A stretch of DNA of 64,000 nt, from the IMG/VR virus record IMGVR_UViG_3300021963_000030. One strand, written 5' to 3'. Under the pieces are notes generated by a model. That model was given only the letters and a program-made list of their open reading frames with translations, had not been told where the DNA came from and did not search any database. Below, piece after piece: positions 16,171-23,623 of this stretch (position 1 is its first letter; each line of letters begins with the position of its first letter). The translations under genes and the position numbers were made by a program. Source of the DNA: a virus.

Positions 16171-17604
16171 ATGTCGTGGAAAGGTAATCCAACTGGTAAG
16201 AGTCAAAATGGACAAGGAATTAATCCGGCTCCAAACATCAAGCAAAATAATTCAAATTTGTCTGATGTTAGAAAGCCATTTGTTCAAAATGAAGACACGG
16301 GCGCAGTAATGCCTGACGATAATACTGCGATTCCGTTGGTGGGTCCGTATAAAAAAGAATTTGCAGTTCGTCGTGATCAAGACAAGACTGAGAATTTCAG
16401 TGTAACTTTACTTGACATCGATACAACCATTATTAATCACATGTCACAACGAGTTGATTTGAGTGTGATGGATAATGGAACGTTGGTAAAAGTTCCGGTA
16501 TTGTATGCAAGTCCAGAACGTTGGAATGCTGTTAAACGTGATGGATTTTTACGTGATAACCAAGGTAAAATACTATTGCCTGCTATTTTGATCAAAAGAG
16601 CAAGTGTTAGTAACAATAAAGATTTAATGACTCTCAATCGTTATTTGTCATATCAAGTTGTTGCTCAATTTGATCAAAAAAACAAGTATGACAAGTTCAA
16701 CATTTTGAATTTGGGTAATCCATTCAGAAACAAACCAACAAAACAGATCTATAACGTTACATTGCCTGATCACGTTACTATAACTTACGAATGTATTTTG
16801 TGGACTGACTATGTTGATCAGAACAATAAACTTTTGGAAAAGATCAATTTTGCTACACATGATTATTGGGGAGTTGGTGATTTTAGATTTAGAACCCGTG
16901 TCGATGATTATACAAACACTGTAGAATTGGGTGCTGGTGAAGATAGAAACGTTAAAACCACCTTTAACTTGGTGGTAAATGCTTATTTATTACCAAAAAC
17001 AATCGATGGTGTTAAATCAACTACACAAAAGACATTCACAACCAGAAAGATTGTGGTTTCTGATTATGCTGTTAACGGTGAACAAATGGCGCAGGTCGAA
17101 GCGTCTGGTATAAGAAGTCCATATTCTTATTTGAAGGACGTTGGTGTGAAGTATAATTCTACAACCAGAACGCCTGATCTAGATAAGGATGATAAGCCAG
17201 CAATTACTGAAAAGGTATTGTTTAGACCGGCTCCAAAGAAAACGTCAGATTATGGAGAAAACGGTTGGTTGGCATACGATCAATTTTATATTTATGTATA
17301 TCGTAAACCGCTGGGTTGGGTCAGAAGAGCTATAGCCACATTTGATTTTGACGCAAATACGGGTGCTTATATCAGTGGAACAGATTGTGAAGGTAACCCC
17401 GTTTATTCTAACGGAGTTCGTCCAATTAACACAGCTTTTAGAGTGTTTCAACGATTCCCTGATAGATATTATCATCAAGTTCCGTATAAATCATCTGACT
17501 ATGGTGAAGACGGTTGGATAAGCTATGATGGCAATTATTTTTACATATATTCTTACAATGAATGGCGTCGTGTTCCGATTGCTATGGTGGACGAAACATT
17601 TTAA
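16171..17604 (+). CDS. Tail terminator / sheath stabiliser (T4 gp15-like) with duplicated C-terminal fibre-type motif
   Basis: KVPVLYASPERW, LPAILIKR, PDHVTITYECILWT, NKLLEKI; two SDYGE.GW..YD..Y.Y.Y...W.R..IA repeats. Confidence 0.65.
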   Translation: MSWKGNPTGKSQNGQGINPAPNIKQNNSNLSDVRKPFVQNEDTGAVMPDDNTAIPLVGPYKKEFAVRRDQDKTENFSVTLLDIDTTIINHMSQRVDLSVMDNGTLVKVPVLYASPERWNAVKRDGFLRDNQGKILLPAILIKRASVSNNKDLMTLNRYLSYQVVAQFDQKNKYDKFNILNLGNPFRNKPTKQIYNVTLPDHVTITYECILWTDYVDQNNKLLEKINFATHDYWGVGDFRFRTRVDDYTNTVELGAGEDRNVKTTFNLVVNAYLLPKTIDGVKSTTQKTFTTRKIVVSDYAVNGEQMAQVEASGIRSPYSYLKDVGVKYNSTTRTPDLDKDDKPAITEKVLFRPAPKKTSDYGENGWLAYDQFYIYVYRKPLGWVRRAIATFDFDANTGAYISGTDCEGNPVYSNGVRPINTAFRVFQRFPDRYYHQVPYKSSDYGEDGWISYDGNYFYIYSYNEWRRVPIAMVDETF

Positions 17605-17627
17605 TTGAATATATCTGGTATTGTTCA

Positions 17628-17635
17628 TATTTATA
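17628..17635 (+). promoter_or_regulatory. TATTTAT late-promoter-like motif
   Basis: Intergenic, 13 nt before ATG(17648). Confidence 0.4.
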
Positions 17636-17647
17636 TTAGACTAAGAT

Positions 17648-19057
17648 ATGATTTTTCAAGAAAAGGATTTACTATTAAGCCGTAGAAGTGGCAGTTCATT
17701 TGTTGAACAGATTATTCGTCCACAAACTGCGTCTTTGGTAGCTTTTGATAATAACAAATTTCCGATTGTAGTTCCGTCTGCGTCGATTCAAGTTGAGTCT
17801 GCTTCATATGCTCTAAGTGCTTCGTATGCTTTGAACGGTGGCGGTGGTGGTGGAGTAAATCCTGCATTGGTGTTGGTTCAAAATGGTTCTGGTGTTACTC
17901 TTAATAAAGGACAAGTAGTTAGTGTAATCGGAAGTAACTTGTCTTCTCAGTTGGTTGTTGATTTAGCAGTTTCTAAAATACATACTCCAGGTTCAAATAT
18001 TACTAGTGATATTTTGGGTGTGGTCAATGATACGATTGCTGCTGGATTGACTGGTTATATTTTGACGACCGGATATTTGTCTGGTATAAATACCGCAACT
18101 GGTTTTTCTTTGGGTGACGAACTGTATGTGAGTCCATCGGTTTCTGGTTCTTTTACAAGTATCAAACCACAGGCACCAAGAGACGTTGTTAAAGTGGGTT
18201 ATATTGCTGGTGTAAATGACACTACCGGTTCAATATTTGTAAATGTTAAACAACCTACTACAATAGATGAAATTAGTAATGTAAGTAGTAGTGCTTCTCC
18301 AGCTGACGGCGCACTCTTAGTCTATAATGCCGCAGAGGGAGTTTGGGAAGACAAGGCTAGTGGTCTGGTATTGAGTGGTAGTTTGAGTGCTAGTAATGCT
18401 GATGTTGGTAGTTTGATGGCCGGCACCGCGTTGGTCCAAGATGTTCTTACTGTTAACGATCTTAATGTTCTAAACAACCTAACTGTTGAAAATGATGCGA
18501 CTGTTGGACGAGATTTGGTTGTTGAAAGACAAATAATTGCTAGTGGTTCATCTGCTCCGTTTCGTGTTGTAAGTAGTATTAATGGAACCAACGTATTTTA
18601 TGTAACTGGAAGTAGAGTTGGTATAAATGACGTAATGGACCCTCAATTTAATCTTGAGGTCCAAGGTTCGTTTGCTGCTTCTACAAAATCGTTCGTTATT
18701 GATCACCAAGAGATGCCCGACAAGAGATTGGTTCACGCTACTCTTGAAGGTCCAGAACACGCCGTATTCGTTCGTGGTAGATCAGAATCGTTGACTATTG
18801 AATTGCCGGATTATTGGGTTTGGTTGATTGACTCTGATACAATCACTGTTCATTTGACTGGAATCGGGTCGTCAGACGTTTATTATGTGGAGAAGATAGA
18901 AGGTAATAAGGTTTATATTGGTGTTTCTAGAAATACAAGCTTTTTTAACAAACTATTTAGCGCACCAAAAGTTAATTTTTATTATATGGTAAATGCTGAA
19001 CGTAAGGATGTTGATAAACTCAAAGTTATTATTGACAAAGAGGTGGGTAGAATATAA
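17648..19057 (+). CDS. Fibre/decoration protein with C-terminal intramolecular-chaperone-like domain
   Basis: SASYALNGGGGGG joint; G.L.GINT..F..GD.LYVS segment; C-terminal GSFAASTKSFVIDH...KRLVHATLEGPE..VFVRG. Confidence 0.6.
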   Translation: MIFQEKDLLLSRRSGSSFVEQIIRPQTASLVAFDNNKFPIVVPSASIQVESASYALSASYALNGGGGGGVNPALVLVQNGSGVTLNKGQVVSVIGSNLSSQLVVDLAVSKIHTPGSNITSDILGVVNDTIAAGLTGYILTTGYLSGINTATGFSLGDELYVSPSVSGSFTSIKPQAPRDVVKVGYIAGVNDTTGSIFVNVKQPTTIDEISNVSSSASPADGALLVYNAAEGVWEDKASGLVLSGSLSASNADVGSLMAGTALVQDVLTVNDLNVLNNLTVENDATVGRDLVVERQIIASGSSAPFRVVSSINGTNVFYVTGSRVGINDVMDPQFNLEVQGSFAASTKSFVIDHQEMPDKRLVHATLEGPEHAVFVRGRSESLTIELPDYWVWLIDSDTITVHLTGIGSSDVYYVEKIEGNKVYIGVSRNTSFFNKLFSAPKVNFYYMVNAERKDVDKLKVIIDKEVGRI

Positions 19058-19093
19058 TTAAAGTTTAAATACGGGCAACCGTATATATTGTAT

Positions 19094-19375
19094 ATGAGTG
19101 AAAATGTTATAAAATTTACCGAAGCAGAAATGCAACAAATTGCGCAACTTCAAGGCAAGTATCAACAAAAGATATTTGAACTTGGTCAACTTGAGCTTGC
19201 CAGAATTGATTTGGAACAACAACTATCTGATCTATCAAACAACAAACAAAAGTTACTTGGGGATTGGACTGGAATTCAAAAGGAAGAAAATGACATTCTT
19301 CAACAGTTGAGCCAAAAGTATGGTGATGGTGTTTTGAGTCTGAAAGATGGAACTTTTAAGCCTGCTGCTAAATAA
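19094..19375 (+). CDS. Small coiled-coil protein (possible fibre assembly chaperone)
   Basis: Heptad-rich; ends KYGDGVLSLKDGTF; directly follows the fibre gene. Confidence 0.45.
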   Translation: MSENVIKFTEAEMQQIAQLQGKYQQKIFELGQLELARIDLEQQLSDLSNNKQKLLGDWTGIQKEENDILQQLSQKYGDGVLSLKDGTFKPAAK

Positions 19376-19393
19376 TTCACATATTTATATTAT

Positions 19394-19576
19394 GTGAAAG
19401 TTAGGTTTGAGCAGTATGACGATGAAGTCTACTACGAACCCATAAACTCAGAAAATAATGGGTCTGTGGACGAAGACTTCATCTCTGTATTCGAAAAATT
19501 ATTCCAGTCTGATAAAATAAAATTAGACATTTCTGTGGGTATTGGAGTAAAATTTCTTGACATTCTGAATATATAA
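19394..19576 (+). CDS. Small acidic hypothetical protein
   Basis: GTG start 5 nt after TATTTAT (19382). Confidence 0.4.
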   Translation: MKVRFEQYDDEVYYEPINSENNGSVDEDFISVFEKLFQSDKIKLDISVGIGVKFLDILNI

Positions 19577-19584
19577 AGTATAAG
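19557..19584 (+). promoter_or_regulatory. Sigma70-like promoter
   Basis: TTGACA-N16-TATAAG. Confidence 0.45.
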
Positions 19585-19618
19585 CGCAGCAAGCTTTGCT
19601 GCTTTAAATGCTTAATAT

Positions 19619-19942
19619 ATGAATGCTAAAATTAAAAATTACAATAAGCGCAACAAGCAACGCAGCATCAGCAAAGCGCAGCAATTAAGCATAGAAACTT
19701 ATTTAAAGCAGATCATTCCTATTCACTTTTCTTATATCAAAAATGCTGACGGTCTTTGTTATAATCCAAATCTCAAAAACTCTAGAATTCTCATAAGAAA
19801 AAGATTATTGACTAGAAGACGGTTGAATGTATTAATTGAAGAAGTAACACACGCATTTTTTTGGGATTTGCCAGAATATAAAGTCAGAAAGTTTAGCGCA
19901 CAACTTGGTCGTGTAATATACTCTCTGTTTCTTAAAAAGTGA
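19619..19942 (+). CDS. Small basic protein with degenerate zincin motif
   Basis: RILIRKRL...LIEEVTHAFFW resembles HExxH with the first His replaced by Glu. Confidence 0.4.
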   Translation: MNAKIKNYNKRNKQRSISKAQQLSIETYLKQIIPIHFSYIKNADGLCYNPNLKNSRILIRKRLLTRRRLNVLIEEVTHAFFWDLPEYKVRKFSAQLGRVIYSLFLKK

Positions 19943-19956
19943 CATATTTATTATAA

Positions 19957-21117
19957 ATGGTCCAAAGTAAATACAAAATTTATGTTGATATGGATGGGGT
20001 TCTTTCAGACTGGGAAAAACAGTTTGAAAGATTGTTTGGAGTTCCAGTATCAACCTATGAAGCAGAACACGGCAAAGATAAACGTTACGAATTGGTTCAC
20101 AAGAACAGTCCAAACTTTTATGCTACAATGCCATGGATGAAAGACGGCAAAGTATTGTATGACTTTATCAAAGAGTTTCCAACAGAAATACTTAGTCACG
20201 CAACGGATTCAGCATGTAAAGAAGGAAAAGAGATTTGGTTAAAAGCACATAACGTAACGTTGAAACCAAACTTAGTTCCCAATAGAGAAGATAAAGCAAA
20301 GTTTGCAACTCCAGAATCAATATTGATAGATGACCGTGAAGACAATGTAAATGAGTTTGTTCAAGCAGGTGGTATCGGAATACTACACACCAATGCGACA
20401 GATACAATCAACAAACTCAAAGAAATCCTCGGAGTCAAACAATCATTTAGAATATACAACAGTATTCTGAACCCAGAGTTATGGGAAGATGATGCACTCA
20501 AGCCAGACGTTCTAAGTAAAATGTTGAAGATTGCCACATCATTTTACAAAGATACTGAATTGACTGCTCCAATTGAAGACATATATTTCTTGGGAAGCAC
20601 AGCTGGTTACAACTGGACTCCAACAAGTGATATTGATCTACACATTCTTATTGACTTTTCTAAGATCGATGAAAACAAAGAATTAGTCAAGAAGTTGGTT
20701 GACGGTTACAAAAACAAATGGAACGAACAACACGACATCAGTATAGGCAATCACCCAGTTGAAGTTTATATACAAGATGTCAATGACGTAAATCGTAGTC
20801 AAGCAGTATACAGTATTCTTCATAACAAGTGGATAAAAAAACCATCATATGAAGACATACAAATCGACAAAGAGTCAATAAAAACCAAATACAAAGACTT
20901 GGTGACCAAAATAAACAAAGCTGTCGAAGAACAAAATTTATCTAAAATGAAAGAGTTGGTTCAACGTATTTACAACATGCGTGAAGCCGGTTTGAGTTCA
21001 GGTGGTGAATACAGCACAGAAAACCTTGTATTCAAACTTCTTAGAGCAAGTGGATTCATCAGTAAACTAAGAATAAACATCACAAATCTTACTGATAAAG
21101 AACTCAACAAATTATAA
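19957..21117 (+). CDS. Fusion of HAD 5'(3')-nucleotidase and Pol-beta-type nucleotidyltransferase
   Basis: N-domain YVDMDGVLSD...ILS...K...LIDDREDNV; C-domain FLGSTAGYN...SDIDLH...VEVYIQD plus helical EYSTENLVFKLLR; TATTTAT 5 nt upstream. Confidence 0.75.
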   Translation: MVQSKYKIYVDMDGVLSDWEKQFERLFGVPVSTYEAEHGKDKRYELVHKNSPNFYATMPWMKDGKVLYDFIKEFPTEILSHATDSACKEGKEIWLKAHNVTLKPNLVPNREDKAKFATPESILIDDREDNVNEFVQAGGIGILHTNATDTINKLKEILGVKQSFRIYNSILNPELWEDDALKPDVLSKMLKIATSFYKDTELTAPIEDIYFLGSTAGYNWTPTSDIDLHILIDFSKIDENKELVKKLVDGYKNKWNEQHDISIGNHPVEVYIQDVNDVNRSQAVYSILHNKWIKKPSYEDIQIDKESIKTKYKDLVTKINKAVEEQNLSKMKELVQRIYNMREAGLSSGGEYSTENLVFKLLRASGFISKLRINITNLTDKELNKL

Positions 21118-21178
21118 AAAAAATTACAAATATTGAATCTTAATCATATTTATATCTAGGACATAAAGGAATAACACT

Positions 21179-21670
21179 ATGGCAGAATTACTAAATCCAT
21201 CGGAAATTTTTTACACAGCGTTTGAGCCAAAAGTTCAAAATCGCTTTATCTTGTATTGTGACGGTATCCCTTCATTTATCATCAAGAAGACAGACCGTCC
21301 AAAACTAACACAAGCAGCCAAGGAACTTGACCACATCAACATCAGAACCTTCTACAAGGGTAAGAGTATCTGGGGTCAAGTAACTATGGAGTTGTATGAC
21401 CCAATCGTTCCATCCGGTGCGCAAGCAGTAATGGAGTGGGTCCGTCTTCACCACGAATCCGTAACTGGTCGTGATGGTTATCAAGACTTTTACAAGAAAG
21501 ACTTGACCATCAACGTTCTAGGTCCAGTCGGTGACAAGGTAGAAGAGTGGACACTCAAGGGATCATTCATCACCGAAGCTACTTTCAACTCACTAGACTG
21601 GTCAAACGACGGTGAAGCAATGAAGATCAACTTGACTATCCAACCAGACTACTGTATCCTCCAATACTAA
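21179..21670 (+). CDS. Tail tube protein (T4 gp19-like)
   Basis: EPKVQNRFIL...RP...KGK..W..VTMELYDPI...V.EW...YKKD...LGPVGD.VEEWTLKG.F....F..LDW. Confidence 0.85.
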   Translation: MAELLNPSEIFYTAFEPKVQNRFILYCDGIPSFIIKKTDRPKLTQAAKELDHINIRTFYKGKSIWGQVTMELYDPIVPSGAQAVMEWVRLHHESVTGRDGYQDFYKKDLTINVLGPVGDKVEEWTLKGSFITEATFNSLDWSNDGEAMKINLTIQPDYCILQY

Positions 21671-21692
21671 TTCTTGTTCATTTATGTCCTTT

Positions 21693-21724
21693 AAACCCTC
21701 CGTCAAAAAAGCGGAGGGTTTTTT
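21693..21724 (+). terminator. Rho-independent terminator after tail tube gene
   Basis: aaaccctccg / cggagggttt stem followed by a T-run. Confidence 0.85.
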
Positions 21725-21745
21725 GTTTTATGTATATTTATTGAT

Positions 21746-22537
21746 ATGAACAATAAAGTAACCGTGCTACTACCCGGCGGTTTCAAACCACCTCATGCCG
21801 GGCATTTGGGATTAGCTAACAAATTTGCTAGTCGATCTGATGTTGGTAAAGTAATAGTGATGGTAGGACCAAGTGAACGTGATGGAGTTAACCGTCAACA
21901 GAGTGTAGCAATATGGAACCTTTTGCCCACAAACCCCAAGGTAGAGGTTGTGCCGGTCAACGATGACAGTCCTATGAACGCAGCATTTGGATATGTTTTC
22001 AATCTACCAAAAGACAGCAATGAAACAATTGCTTTAGCAGCCAGCGCAAAGAGTCCAGAAGATGCTAAACGTAGTAAAATATTCAAAGCAGCTGTAGACC
22101 GTTACAAAACCAAACCAACGAAGGACGGAGCTACTGCACCTCAAGGTGTGACAGTAATTGAAATGACCGATGATGCTCCTACTATTTATCAAGGTAGAGA
22201 CGATGATAAAAACGGTCAAAGTATTAGTGCTAGCACATTGAGAGGTGATTTGGCAAACGGAAACTTTCAGAATTTTCAGACCAATTACCCAGGCGTAAAA
22301 ACTGGTGTGGTCAAGAGTATTTATAACATTTTAACCAAAAAGAAATCTATGGACGAAACAAAAAAACAAAAGATTAAAGCATTGATCAAGAAAATCCTCA
22401 GAGAAGAAGACAGTTTCATGGATGCTTTGGTAGGACCAGAATCTAAGTTTAAAGACGCAATCAATAAGATTAATGTTAGAGCTGGTATTTTAACAAAAGC
22501 TGCTCAAGATGCTCAAAAGAAGATAAAGCCAAAATAA
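21746..22537 (+). CDS. HIGH-motif (cytidylyl/adenylyl-transferase, NMNAT/PPAT-like) nucleotidyltransferase
   Basis: LLPGGFKPPHAGH; ISASTLR (SxS/T-xxR motif); TATTTAT 4 nt upstream. Confidence 0.7.
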   Translation: MNNKVTVLLPGGFKPPHAGHLGLANKFASRSDVGKVIVMVGPSERDGVNRQQSVAIWNLLPTNPKVEVVPVNDDSPMNAAFGYVFNLPKDSNETIALAASAKSPEDAKRSKIFKAAVDRYKTKPTKDGATAPQGVTVIEMTDDAPTIYQGRDDDKNGQSISASTLRGDLANGNFQNFQTNYPGVKTGVVKSIYNILTKKKSMDETKKQKIKALIKKILREEDSFMDALVGPESKFKDAINKINVRAGILTKAAQDAQKKIKPK

Positions 22538-22582
22538 AAATACCCAAAAATATATAATGGGTTCTATGTATTGTTATAATTT

Positions 22583-23389
22583 ATGAGTGACGAAATCGTT
22601 TTACAAAGAACAGTTGCAAACAAACAACAAACTGCGTTTCCAACTGAAACCATAGATCTTCCTAGTAAAGGTCATTTCTACCCACCAGGCAGTCCTCTGT
22701 CAAAAGGAACCATCGAACTTAAGTTGATGACTGCTAAGGAAGAAGATATTCTTACAAGTCCTAACCTACTCAAGAAAGGACTCGCAATCGACAAGCTTTT
22801 GGAATCACTCATCGTTGACAAAAATATCAAGATCAATGAACTTTTGTTGGGTGATAAGAATGCTGTTATCTTTGCGGTTCGTCGTCTTGCTTATGGTGAC
22901 AATTATGGTCCTGTAGATATCACATGTCCAAAGTGTCAAACTGTTAATAGACTTAATATTGATTTGAGTCAGATCAAAGAAAAAGAACTTGATGAGTCAA
23001 AGTATCAACCAGGCGTAAATGAATTTGAGTTTACACTTCCATATTCAAAGGCAGTGATTAAATTCAGATTACTCACGGATTCTGATGAAAAAGAAATTGA
23101 ACGTGACTCAGTAGCCCTTGCCAAGTTAAACAACAAGTCATCGTCCGAAGTTACATCACGTTTGAAGAAATCTGTTATTGAATTTAACGGAGAGACTGAT
23201 CCAGTTAAACTAAAGGCTATGGTTGATAACATGCAGAGTCGCGATAGTTTAGCTCTACGTCAATATATTCGTGAGGTCACACCCGACATCAATGCTACAT
23301 TTGATTTCTCTTGTAAAGAATGTGGTAACGAAGAAAGGGCAGCAGTGCCAATGACTGTCCAATTTTTTTGGCCTGACTCAAGAGTATAA
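22583..23389 (+). CDS. Baseplate hub assembly / tail assembly chaperone (T4 gp26-like)
   Basis: IDLPSKG.FY, MTAKEEDIL, LLLGDKNAVIFAVR..AYG, CPKC and CKEC Zn motifs, ends QFFWP; directly upstream of tape measure. Confidence 0.75.
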   Translation: MSDEIVLQRTVANKQQTAFPTETIDLPSKGHFYPPGSPLSKGTIELKLMTAKEEDILTSPNLLKKGLAIDKLLESLIVDKNIKINELLLGDKNAVIFAVRRLAYGDNYGPVDITCPKCQTVNRLNIDLSQIKEKELDESKYQPGVNEFEFTLPYSKAVIKFRLLTDSDEKEIERDSVALAKLNNKSSSEVTSRLKKSVIEFNGETDPVKLKAMVDNMQSRDSLALRQYIREVTPDINATFDFSCKECGNEERAAVPMTVQFFWPDSRV

Positions 23390-23597
23390 AGTTTACATCC
23401 AACAAGTTATATTCGACCTCTGTTATCACGGTAATGGAGGATTCTTCCCAACAGAGGTCTATAGTCTACCTGTATACCTACGTAACTTCTATTACAAGAA
23501 ACTAATAGAAGCTAAAGAAAAAGAAGCAGAAGCTCAAAAACAATCGTCAAACCCATCACAAAAGACTGGGAAAATAGATAGACCTACTTTTAAATAG
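23363..23597 (+). CDS. Start-less 75-aa extension (gp51/gpT-like) of the upstream chaperone, reachable by +1 (or -2) frameshift at T7
   Basis: +1 frame after TGA reads ...FFGLTQEYKVYIQQVIFDLCYHGNGGFFPTEVYSLPVYLRNFYYKKLIEAKEKEAE...PTFK*. It has no ATG/GTG/TTG. TTTTTTT at 23363-23369. Confidence 0.7.
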
Positions 23598-23623
23598 GTA
23601 GATATTTATTAATATATTGACGT

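Noticed and set aside
10275-22537. Complete NAD reconstitution pathway (NARP1/NARP2)
   Set aside because: A Nudix and a HIGH-motif transferase are present but unlinked, and no PRPP-synthetase-like or nicotinamide phosphoribosyltransferase gene is visible.
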